A stretch of DNA of 60,057 nt, counting the filler. It is 6 parts of 6 records of this genome, joined end to end, with 100 filler letters (N's around TTAATTAATTAA, not from the genome) between each part and the next. Parts side by side here need not be neighbours in the genome. Positions count along the whole stretch, not along the records: positions 30,174 to 47,396 come from SRR31147125_12671; positions 47,497 to 54,569 come from SRR31147125_12673; 4 more parts are not named here. The stretch is one strand, 5' to 3'. Of this stretch, positions 40,064 to 48,760 are shown one piece after another. The translations under genes were made by a program, and so were the position numbers. The notes beneath the pieces were generated by a model. It worked only from the letters and a program-made list of their open reading frames with translations. It was not told where the DNA came from and did not search any database. Position 1 is the first letter of the stretch, and each line of letters opens with the position of its first letter.

Positions 40064-41734
40064 ATGTCTATAAGAAATTTTAAATTATGGAATGCTGATA
40101 GAACATCCTCTTTTGATTTAAGTCAAACAGGGATAACAGTAACATCACCAAAAGGTTTTGGTAACAAATTCAGCAATACTATTCAATCAGGCAATAGAAG
40201 TAGAAGATATCTTACAGATCAAAAAAATGATTTTGAAGATATTTCATTTAAAGTTTTATTTGGTTTAAAAGCAAAAAATGCATATGGCATGTATCATCAA
40301 CTTTCATCATTTATCCAGGATAATCAAAGAAATGAAATGATACTTGAATATACTAGAAATAGTGAAACGTTGTATGTAGATGTTGCACTAAAACAATTTA
40401 CGAAGACTGAGAAGAGTCAATTTAATGTTTTAGAAGAATCAATTACTTTTGAGAGATTGAGTCCTTTTTATTCAATTGTAAAAAGAACTGGAAAAGAAAT
40501 GCTCATTCAAAATAATTATATTGAGAATATATTGCCTAAAATAACTCTTAAAGATAATAGTTTTAGTGCACCGATAAATGTGAAATTAAAGTATAATAAT
40601 TTGTTAATTGAAAACGGGAACCTACCGATTACAACTGGTGGAATCACAGTAAAACTAAAAGACCATACATATTATTGTAAAGGCATTGCGACAGGTAACC
40701 CTACAACTATAGATATGTCAACGCTTGGTATACTTGCATCAGGAACTTACTACATTTCGTTTCATGATTTAGTGGGTTTAGGTGATGTGAGACTTAGAGT
40801 ATACGAAAATGGAATTTACAACGGTCATACTATGTACACGAGCGATAATATTTACACATATGAAGCAGATGGATCATCTTCCGTAGATTTTAAACTTGTG
40901 TTTTCTAACAATGTTGAATTTGAAGAATCATTCAAAGTGATGGTTTCTAAAATGAACAGTAATGACGTGCCAGTTGAGGACTTTAATGGCCTAACCAGAA
41001 ATAAGATTTTTAAAGATAACCAAGTAGCAAATAATAATAATTTTGATGGCCAATATTTTTGGAATGATGAAAATGGGTTATTATCTATTAACAATGGTAT
41101 TGGAACTTTAATCGGAAGCGGCGGTGCAACTTATAGTAGAATAAACCAAAACAATGCTTATTTTTTAAGTGATAGGTTATATATAAATTATAAAATTAGA
41201 TATACATATAGTGATTATCAACCTACTGAAATACTAATGCGTATTAATTCTTATGGTTCATACGATAGTTATTTAATAGAAAGAAATCCTGTAATAAATG
41301 AATGGTATTTAAATAGTGATATTGTTGAAAATATTACCAATCAAGTAATTTATATTGGAGTTTATAGAACAGGTGCTAATTTAACTGTTACTGTTGAATT
41401 TGATTATATTAATATTTTTGACATAGGGAATTTGGATATAATAGCATCAAAAGAAACGCTAGATAACCAATATAGCTTATTCACCAATCCACAGCCATTA
41501 GACTACACGACACCAACTGATTACACCCAATCACTCATCATCAACGCAACTCTAAATGATTATGATGAGTTAATCATTGACTCAGAGTCTAAAGAAATAA
41601 CATTAAACAATGAAAATGCATATGATTTATTAGATAAAGCAAATGATACATTCATTGTTATTCCTCCTGGAGACTACGTGATAGAAGCAGATCAAGAAAT
41701 CACAGTAGAGTATAAAAAGTGGGTGATTGATTAA
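40064..41734 (+). CDS. Distal tail (Dit-like) protein with inserted beta-rich domains
   Basis: N-terminal R.F.L.N...P.GFG, C-terminal LIIDS...F..IPPG, and a central insertion. Confidence 0.7.
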   Translation: MSIRNFKLWNADRTSSFDLSQTGITVTSPKGFGNKFSNTIQSGNRSRRYLTDQKNDFEDISFKVLFGLKAKNAYGMYHQLSSFIQDNQRNEMILEYTRNSETLYVDVALKQFTKTEKSQFNVLEESITFERLSPFYSIVKRTGKEMLIQNNYIENILPKITLKDNSFSAPINVKLKYNNLLIENGNLPITTGGITVKLKDHTYYCKGIATGNPTTIDMSTLGILASGTYYISFHDLVGLGDVRLRVYENGIYNGHTMYTSDNIYTYEADGSSSVDFKLVFSNNVEFEESFKVMVSKMNSNDVPVEDFNGLTRNKIFKDNQVANNNNFDGQYFWNDENGLLSINNGIGTLIGSGGATYSRINQNNAYFLSDRLYINYKIRYTYSDYQPTEILMRINSYGSYDSYLIERNPVINEWYLNSDIVENITNQVIYIGVYRTGANLTVTVEFDYINIFDIGNLDIIASKETLDNQYSLFTNPQPLDYTTPTDYTQSLIINATLNDYDELIIDSESKEITLNNENAYDLLDKANDTFIVIPPGDYVIEADQEITVEYKKWVID

Positions 41735-44139
41735 TGTATATATCAATATTCAAAAAGATATTTAATGCTATTTCATCCACTCCGCCATCAGAAACGCCAG
41801 ATGCATCTAACTTTGGAGAAATAAGATCTGGTTCAGGTAATTCTTTATGGGAATGTAAATCACGAATTGAAGGAGTATTAACTGATGAATGGGATGAAAT
41901 ATCAGTTAATACTCCAGTTGCTCCTAGTCGTTCACCTTTAGCTTCAGATGTTGGTAATAATGTTACTGCTGAAGATGGATCAATTTGGACAGCAGTTCAA
42001 TCAGGATCAACTTCACAATTAAAGTGGACAGCTACTGGTAATTCAACAGCATTTGAACCAACTACCTGTGTTTATCCAGGTACAACATGCTCTATAGAGA
42101 ATGATATTGAATATTCATGTCTTGGATCATCTAATGGTGGTGTTATAGAATATGCTGAATTGAAGTGCCAATATGTAACAACTTATACATACACTTGGCA
42201 ACTTGTTCAACCAAGAAAATCATGTGCTTCATGTCCACCATCAATAGGAACAACAGATGGAGACCAATGTTATTGTAGTTCACTAGACAAAGTTTATGAA
42301 TATACATATGAAAATAACCAAGTAACAACTTATTATTGGCAAAAAGTCAGAGAAGCCACAGTCTTATCTGTAGAAATTGAAAATATCATAAAACATGTAT
42401 CTGGAACCATCACTAAAAAAGCAATTAGTGATGATGAAGGATCATTTAAAGGATATTTAGAATCAGAGATTACAGACCCATTCATGTTTACTCTACATGA
42501 TGATATTGGAAAGACTATTTATTCAGGATTTATTAAAAATTGGGATTATAAAGATTTAACACATCAAGTGAGTTTTGATCTTGTCGATTTAAGGACAATA
42601 TTTGATACACAGGTGATGCTAGATTTTAGTAGTGATGAAACATTTGATTCATCTCTATCGACTATTTTTCAAAAAGTAGCTGATGCATTAACGACTTCTG
42701 CAGGTAATATGAATTATCAGTTTACGATACCAACCGATGAAAGAACAACAACCGAGATTGCAAACTATAGCGATCAATACATTGTAGTCAATGCAAAAGA
42801 GTTTTTAAGAGTATATCTTGTTTACTATAGATATTACATAACAGCATCTTTTGATCCTGACACTTTAACGATCAATTCTATATTTAACGAAGCAAATGAA
42901 GAATTGTTAGAAATTAGACTTGATGACTTTACATTTGAAAAAACTCAAACGAGCATTAAATCTAATCATACGATTGCTACAATCAAGTTTCAAACAATTT
43001 ACGAGATTGATAGTGAATGGAGCACAGCAACTGAGATTGATTATACAACAGCAGCAATTGAAGATAAAGGTGTTTTAATGGCTGATGAACTTCCACCTCT
43101 TGAAGGATACAATAAAGACTTTGTATTAAAACTTGTAAAAGAGGCTTATTTTGAAGAGATAACAGAAGCTGAATATAACGCTTTATCAATTAAACAAGAA
43201 GCTAGTATTAAGTTAACATCAGGTAACTCAACACCAGGACAAATCGTTCAATCTGATATTCCTTATGCGAATTTGGGACAAGCTAGATATTTAACAACAA
43301 ATGCATCACCTGTATTAGTTGATGGAGCAAATTTAGAAGATATATCGTTTGTGTATCAAGATGGTAGAACCATAGAAAGTCACTTAACAATTAGTGTTGA
43401 AGGTGCCTTAAGTTTGATGGATTTGTATGAAGAAGGCAGTGCTTGTGAGTTTGACAAAAACATTAATCTTTATTGGAGTATCACAAACATTTATGGAACT
43501 TTTACTGCACGATATCAAGCATGTCAAGGTTATATTCAATATGCATGTCCTATATCAGCTCCAACAGTTCAAGAAATAACTGCAAACTTTGATCCAACAT
43601 CACTTGTTTATGGACAAGGATTAAAGGTTCAATACAAAGACTCTAGTGATGCTGACTGTCAAGTTTACAGATATGTGAAAGTGGTAAGTGACGATGTTGA
43701 ATATTGGAAAAAAGGTGGAACGCTTGTTATACCTAGACCAGCATCACTTGCTAGCAAACACTATTATCTAGGATCAGATAATAACATTTACTCAGAAAGC
43801 ATTCCAGATGATTTAAAAGTCTATCCTGTTAAGTCCAAGATTTTCGAATATGAGACATTGGCCAAGGCACAAGTTGAAGCTATTTATGAATTGGTTAGTA
43901 CAAGATGGAATCAAAGTATTAAAATTGACAATCTCAAAAAACCAATTGATTTAAATAAAGATTTCTTGCAAATGGTTAAAGTATATGACAAAAACGGTGA
44001 CTACATGTTATTGCCTATCTCAGAAAAGTACTTTGATATTGAAGAAATTATTACAAATGAAAAAATTAAATTAGGGTTTAAAGTTGATTTCTTTTGGCAG
44101 TTGTATAACGAGAACGAGTCAAAAGGTGTCATTAAATAG
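41734..44139 (+). CDS. Tail tip / Tal-like protein with Cys-rich insertions
   Basis: Follows Dit with a TAATG overlap. 801 aa with 13 Cys in two clusters. Confidence 0.65.
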   Translation: MYISIFKKIFNAISSTPPSETPDASNFGEIRSGSGNSLWECKSRIEGVLTDEWDEISVNTPVAPSRSPLASDVGNNVTAEDGSIWTAVQSGSTSQLKWTATGNSTAFEPTTCVYPGTTCSIENDIEYSCLGSSNGGVIEYAELKCQYVTTYTYTWQLVQPRKSCASCPPSIGTTDGDQCYCSSLDKVYEYTYENNQVTTYYWQKVREATVLSVEIENIIKHVSGTITKKAISDDEGSFKGYLESEITDPFMFTLHDDIGKTIYSGFIKNWDYKDLTHQVSFDLVDLRTIFDTQVMLDFSSDETFDSSLSTIFQKVADALTTSAGNMNYQFTIPTDERTTTEIANYSDQYIVVNAKEFLRVYLVYYRYYITASFDPDTLTINSIFNEANEELLEIRLDDFTFEKTQTSIKSNHTIATIKFQTIYEIDSEWSTATEIDYTTAAIEDKGVLMADELPPLEGYNKDFVLKLVKEAYFEEITEAEYNALSIKQEASIKLTSGNSTPGQIVQSDIPYANLGQARYLTTNASPVLVDGANLEDISFVYQDGRTIESHLTISVEGALSLMDLYEEGSACEFDKNINLYWSITNIYGTFTARYQACQGYIQYACPISAPTVQEITANFDPTSLVYGQGLKVQYKDSSDADCQVYRYVKVVSDDVEYWKKGGTLVIPRPASLASKHYYLGSDNNIYSESIPDDLKVYPVKSKIFEYETLAKAQVEAIYELVSTRWNQSIKIDNLKKPIDLNKDFLQMVKVYDKNGDYMLLPISEKYFDIEEIITNEKIKLGFKVDFFWQLYNENESKGVIK

Positions 44140-44155
44140 AATAGGAGGATAAATA

Positions 44156-44384
44156 ATGGTTACAGCAAGAGAGCATTTAGCAAATCGTATAGCGTTGCTA
44201 AATAAAGAAAAACAAGAACTTATCGAACAGCAAACAACTGAGATGTCTCAAATTGAAGCAAAAGTAGAAGCTTATCGATTAGATCTTACAAAAAACACAT
44301 CACTTGTATATTCATCAAAAATTGAAAAAAGATATTGAAATTGCTGCTTTGCAAGCATCATTAGATTCAATACCAAATGATTAG
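44156..44384 (+). CDS. Small coiled-coil phage protein, probable A-run indel near 44325
   Basis: AGGAGG RBS. An alternative frame continues DIEIAALQASLDSIPND to TAG at 44382-44384. Confidence 0.6.
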
Positions 44385-44393
44385 GAGGAAAAA

Positions 44394-44717
44394 ATGGAAA
44401 ATTCACCACCACTTGATTTATCGCAAAGATTTGCAGTACGTCTAGGACAGCGACTGCCTACCCCACTAAAAATTCTTTATTGGACTGTCCTAACTTTAAC
44501 ACTTGTATATTGGCTTGTAAGAATTAGTGCTTGGCTATTAGAGACAATTAGAAAGATAGGAGAGTTCCTATTTACTAAACCTAATTATTATGTCTTTCTA
44601 TTAGCAATTTTGATTGTTTTATTAGGAGCATTTGTATTTGCTCAATTCTATTTTGAACTTGATCCTTGGGGGAAATTCATCCAATGGTTTCAATCGCTTT
44701 TTGAATATGAATACTAG
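44394..44717 (+). CDS. Two-TM membrane protein (holin-like candidate)
   Basis: AGGAGG RBS and two hydrophobic segments, in the lysis-cassette position. Confidence 0.65.
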   Translation: MENSPPLDLSQRFAVRLGQRLPTPLKILYWTVLTLTLVYWLVRISAWLLETIRKIGEFLFTKPNYYVFLLAILIVLLGAFVFAQFYFELDPWGKFIQWFQSLFEYEY

Positions 44718-45537
44718 ATTTACAGAGTGGGCACTATATTTATTCGGTTTGGGTAGCTGGATAATCTCATTTATTTTAAATATATTAGATCAATTACAAG
44801 TCGATAGGTTACAGAAAATATTTTTATTATTATCTATATACTTGCTTTTATTAGCAATTATTAGATTTAAAAGAGGGCAAAAGTTTGGAAGTCTTGAGAA
44901 ATCGCAAGCAGCTGCAAAAACTGTATCGCTAGCTCATGATCCAAATGAAAAAGCCAAGTTTGTTTTTGTTATATTAGATAAGTCAAAAGGAGGCTTAAAA
45001 AAAATGTTAGAAGCAATTTACTTAGTAATTAAAAAGATGACTAAAAAACAATGGGTATCATTAATCATGTTTTTAGTTGTATTAGGATTAGGTATTGCAT
45101 CTCAAATCTATTCTGGGATACCTTTATTAGATTTTGTTGCTAATAACCTTGTTGAATTTTTAGTTGGTTTAGGTTTCATTCCTATGGCCGGCATTTTCTC
45201 ATCAGGAAAAGAACTTGGTGAATCATTTGTTGCTATTAGAGATGCAAAGAAAAAGATTAAGCAATTATTATTAGATAAAGTGTCGATTAAAAAGAATATC
45301 GATGATTTAGAAGTTGAGTATGCTGATATAATTAAGATTAAAAAGCGCGTAGATGCTACTGGTGGAGGTTTAACTGTTGACCAAAGTATTATTTATGATA
45401 CGTACGTTGGTGCTAAAAAAGCGTTAGATAATCAATTGAAAGCATTAGAGGATACGCTTGAATTGCAATATGAGATTATTAAGAAAAACTCAAAAAAAGC
45501 GATTGATACAATCAAGGAGGAACTTAATGATGATTAG
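44707..45537 (+). CDS. Multi-TM membrane protein with a C-terminal coiled coil, internal RBS/ATG at 45004
   Basis: Four hydrophobic segments. AAAGGAGG precedes the in-frame ATG at 45004. Confidence 0.6.
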   Translation: MNTRFTEWALYLFGLGSWIISFILNILDQLQVDRLQKIFLLLSIYLLLLAIIRFKRGQKFGSLEKSQAAAKTVSLAHDPNEKAKFVFVILDKSKGGLKKMLEAIYLVIKKMTKKQWVSLIMFLVVLGLGIASQIYSGIPLLDFVANNLVEFLVGLGFIPMAGIFSSGKELGESFVAIRDAKKKIKQLLLDKVSIKKNIDDLEVEYADIIKIKKRVDATGGGLTVDQSIIYDTYVGAKKALDNQLKALEDTLELQYEIIKKNSKKAIDTIKEELNDD

Positions 45538-46114
45538 ATGTTATGGTCCAATTGGTCATGTTGGTGATTTAAGAAATCTACAGAAAGAATGTGGTGACTT
45601 GTGTACTGCAGTTGGTTTTACTTCTGGAGGCATGTATGTCATTAGAAACGATGCAGCAAAAGCGATCACTGATGCTGAAGCAAAAGAGATTTTAGATGTT
45701 AATGATGATGAACTTTCGTTATTGAAAGCATCTGAAGGTAGACATGTACTACATGTTGAAAAAGAAAATGAAGAGATTAATGATGAACCATTAGAAGATG
45801 TTGAAACAAATCCAGAGCAATTTGAAGTTTTAGAGGATGATTCTATTCATGATGATCCTCCTGGTAAAGATAAGTTTGAAACTGTTGAGATTTCAGCTGA
45901 TGAATATAATCGATTATTAGAGATTCAAGAGCATGCAGAAAGTTTAGAAGCTCAATTTAAGAGACTAACTTCTGAACGTGATGCTGCATTGAAAAAGAAT
46001 GCAGAAGTAAAAGATGCTTTCAAAACTGTGATTGATTTTATTGGTTCTGATATTATTGATCTAATAAATGAAAAACTTTATCAAAAGTTTAATGAAGCAA
46101 TTATAAAACAATAG
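45527..46114 (+). CDS. Acidic hypothetical phage protein
   Basis: AAGGAGG RBS before ATG 45527. Last gene before the terminator. Confidence 0.7.
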   Translation: MMIRCYGPIGHVGDLRNLQKECGDLCTAVGFTSGGMYVIRNDAAKAITDAEAKEILDVNDDELSLLKASEGRHVLHVEKENEEINDEPLEDVETNPEQFEVLEDDSIHDDPPGKDKFETVEISADEYNRLLEIQEHAESLEAQFKRLTSERDAALKKNAEVKDAFKTVIDFIGSDIIDLINEKLYQKFNEAIIKQ

Positions 46115-46123
46115 ACATTCAAT

Positions 46124-46154
46124 AAAAAGTCCTAAGATTTTAAGGACTTTTTTT
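46124..46154. terminator. Intrinsic terminator ending the late operon
   Basis: AAAAAGTCCT-aagatttta-AGGACTTTTTTT. Confidence 0.85.
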
Positions 46155-46174
46155 ATTTTTATGCTTGTAAAGTG

Positions 46175-46203
46175 TTGACAAGTAAACATATATTTGATAT
46201 AAT
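46175..46203 (+). promoter_or_regulatory. Consensus sigma70/sigmaA promoter with extended -10
   Basis: TTGACA-N17-TATAAT with TGn before the -10. Confidence 0.92.
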
Positions 46204-46234
46204 ATAAGTGTAGATAAGGAAAGAGGTAAATGAA

Positions 46235-46636
46235 ATGAGAAAGTATATTGAAGAAGAAATTCAAGAATTAAGAAATGAAATGTTAGAAAGTGATTTTGAT
46301 ACTGACGATACTAAAATGTATGAAGAAATGATTCAAGATTTAGAAGCAAAGAACATCCCTTACGAACACATTCAAATTGAAAATGAAATTACAATCGCAA
46401 CACTTAAGAAAATCATCACTCAAGGATTCTACAATTTTGATATTTATGCTGAAATGGAACAACCTCTTGAAAATTTAGATAATGGATTTGCTACTAAAAA
46501 AATGTTAGAAATGATTTTAAAACATGTATTTAATGAAAAATCAAATGGATCATTCTCTAGATCAACAACAAAACTTTTTGGAACAAGAAGTAAAATTAGA
46601 TATATTAAATCAATCATAGAAGATTTATTAAAATAA
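46235..46636 (+). CDS. Acidic hypothetical protein (moron gene 1)
   Basis: AAGAGGT RBS directly after the consensus promoter. Confidence 0.8.
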   Translation: MRKYIEEEIQELRNEMLESDFDTDDTKMYEEMIQDLEAKNIPYEHIQIENEITIATLKKIITQGFYNFDIYAEMEQPLENLDNGFATKKMLEMILKHVFNEKSNGSFSRSTTKLFGTRSKIRYIKSIIEDLLK

Positions 46637-46641
46637 GGAGC

Positions 46642-47274
46642 ATGTATATGAAATTAAGATGGATAAATGGATATGGAGATGTAAACGGAAAGATGGTACC
46701 GTATAAATTTTATTTTGAGATAAACAATCATAAAATTGATATCGAAGAATCATTAGTTAGTAGATTCATCGAGAAACACGAATCGTATATGAATGGTATT
46801 GATCTTAACATGTTTAGAGGACCAAATGAAAAAAAGCTTACAAAAGAACTTTATAAATGGTTTCAATATGATTATTTAATAAAAAAAATAATCTTAGATC
46901 ATGAATATGGAATCTTTAATTCTGATAATGTATTAGTGTCTTTTGATTCTAATAAGACAATCATGGGTTACCAGGTAAACACTGAAATTCAATTTACTGA
47001 TAATGAAACTTATGAAATGATGTCAGCTAAAAAACTATACTTAATCGCAGCTAAAGAAATATATGATATTCCCTTCGAAAGTCTTGTATTGAAAATGAAC
47101 ATAGACTTAAGTAAAATCGATCAAACAACACTTGCTAAAGATGCAGGATTAACAAAACAAGAGGTGTCAAGATGGATAAATGGTGTTAAGCCCAGAAGAG
47201 ATAAGCAAGAAATACTTGCTAAATGTTTAGATTTTGATATTGATGAATTTGATGAGAGTTATTGGAACTTATGA
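46642..47274 (+). CDS. Protein with a C-terminal XRE-type HTH (moron gene 2)
   Basis: DQTTLAKDAGLTKQEVSRWING..P...K..ILA..L. AAGGAG RBS. Confidence 0.82.
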   Translation: MYMKLRWINGYGDVNGKMVPYKFYFEINNHKIDIEESLVSRFIEKHESYMNGIDLNMFRGPNEKKLTKELYKWFQYDYLIKKIILDHEYGIFNSDNVLVSFDSNKTIMGYQVNTEIQFTDNETYEMMSAKKLYLIAAKEIYDIPFESLVLKMNIDLSKIDQTTLAKDAGLTKQEVSRWINGVKPRRDKQEILAKCLDFDIDEFDESYWNL

Positions 47275-47304
47275 AAAAAAGCCCCTATTTTTGGGGCTTT
47301 TCTT
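47274..47304. terminator. Bidirectional intrinsic terminator
   Basis: AAAAAAAGCCCC-tattttt-GGGGCTTTTCTT. Confidence 0.85.
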
Positions 47305-47369
47305 GATTTATGACTAACACAATATAATTCGGGATGATTTTTACATAGGGGTTAGTTTTGGTTTTCTTT

Positions 47370-47396
47370 TGGTGGAGATGAGGGGAATTGAACTCC
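47370..47396 (-). ncRNA. ssrA: 3' end of tmRNA (or a tRNA-Ala-like gene), candidate phage att core
   Basis: The minus strand reads GGAGTTCAATTCCCCTCATCTCCACCA: a T-loop followed by an acceptor strand complementary to GGGGATG with G3.U70 and a CCA end. It is cut off by the contig end. Confidence 0.7.
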
Positions 47397-47496
47397 NNNN
47401 NNNNNNNNNNNNNNNNNNNNNNNNNNNNNNNNNNNNNNNNTTAATTAATTAANNNNNNNNNNNNNNNNNNNNNNNNNNNNNNNNNNNNNNNNNNNN
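47397..47496. other. Artificial contig spacer
   Basis: N44-TTAATTAATTAA-N44. Confidence 0.99.
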
Positions 47497-47960
47497 CCCC
47501 GATCACGCTCGCCGGGGTTGTAGAACGTCATGATCTCGCAGCGATTGTCGATCCCCTTTTTCAGGTCCTCATACACGTTGCGGAGTTGATCGATCGATTT
47601 TCCTTCAGGATTTTTCCAGTCACGCCCCTGGGCCCCGTAACACCTGCCCATGTCATCGGTGCCTTTTCGGTACGGATTTGAAAGCCAGTCCGCATTTTCA
47701 TTGGCATTCGCATTCCAGGTGTTGCACCCGATCTTCCTGAAATCCGCGGCACTCGTATAGCCCCTGAGGTAACCGAGCATCTCGGCAATGGCCGGTTTCC
47801 ACAGCAGCTTCTTGGTAGTAAGAACAGGCAGAACGCCGTCGCTCACATCGTATTCGAGATCTGCGTTGATAGTGGTAAGACATCGCTTCCCGGTTCTGCT
47901 GTTTTCAACCCAGACACCGGTATCGATAACCCTTCTGCAGAGATCAAGGTATGTTTTCAT
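47497..47960 (-). CDS. thyA: Thymidylate synthase, 3'-truncated
   Basis: YLDL...[25 protein letters not shown] and [12 protein letters not shown]. Confidence 0.93.
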
Positions 47961-48322
47961 TGAAATAACCTGTCAGATAGCTGGATTCAGGATTACATTT
48001 TAACTGCAAAACATTGAAATATAGTTCATATAAACACATACAACCAATCGCGCAATGGAGCTGATACAATTTCCAATATGCTGATGAAATGAAGCAACCG
48101 GCGAAGCAAAAGTCAAGGTTGATTGTACTCTCACCCGGCACGTAACCAGGGTCCGCCTCTCCCCGCTCGCAGAAACTCTTAATCATCCCCGTTGATGGTG
48201 TAAACAAGACCAGCTTAATTCTCGTTTTACCCTACCCCTTCCGATGAAAATGCTTACTCTCTATCATGCTGTAGAATTCCACTTGCGCAATTAAGAGACC
48301 ACCGATTACCGGAGATGAACCA

Positions 48323-48745
48323 ATGGAAGATCTGAAACAACGCATCCTCGATGTGATTCATAAACCGCAACTGGCCGCACTGGCCACCGTTACCGAACAG
48401 AACAACCCGTGGGTTCGCTACGTCGTCACTGTCGGAGACGGCGATTTCAATATCCGCTGCGCGACATTTCTGAGCTCCCGAAAAGTTGCCCAGATCAACC
48501 ACGACCCCAACGTCCACATTACCTGCGGGGTCAGCGACTTCATGGAAATAGCGCCCTATATCCAGGTCCAGGGAAAAGCCACCGTCACCACCGACCACGA
48601 CGAACGCCACAACTTCTGGAATGACCTGCTGGCACCGATCTTCAAGGGACCGGACGATCCCAACTACAGTGTCATCATCGTTGAACCCTATCGCATTGAA
48701 TACTGCACGCCGGGGGTGTTTGAACCGGAAGTGTGGGTCCGCTGA
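48323..48745 (+). CDS. Pyridoxamine 5'-phosphate oxidase-like FMN-binding protein (general stress protein 26 type)
   Basis: LATV....PWVRYV, SRKVAQI..DPNV and F.GPDDPNY. Confidence 0.85.
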   Translation: MEDLKQRILDVIHKPQLAALATVTEQNNPWVRYVVTVGDGDFNIRCATFLSSRKVAQINHDPNVHITCGVSDFMEIAPYIQVQGKATVTTDHDERHNFWNDLLAPIFKGPDDPNYSVIIVEPYRIEYCTPGVFEPEVWVR

Positions 48746-48760
48746 CCCGTACCGTACAAC

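Larger units (their letters stand above)
30174..47396 (+). mobile_element. Siphovirus-type (HK97-like head) prophage or phage fragment: packaging, head, tail, membrane genes, moron and att end
   Basis: Canonical gene order terS-terL-portal-protease-MCP-connectors-MTP-TAC-TMP-Dit-Tal. All genes are on +, the sequence is very AT-rich, and it ends in a tmRNA-like 3' end. Confidence 0.95.

Noticed and set aside
40064-46114. Diversity-generating retroelement acting on tail genes
   Set aside because: No reverse transcriptase and no template/variable repeat pair differing at adenines was seen.
30174-47396. Alternative genetic code in the AT-rich phage
   Set aside because: The ORFs tile densely in code 11, Trp is TGG, and TGA/TAG act as stops at gene junctions.
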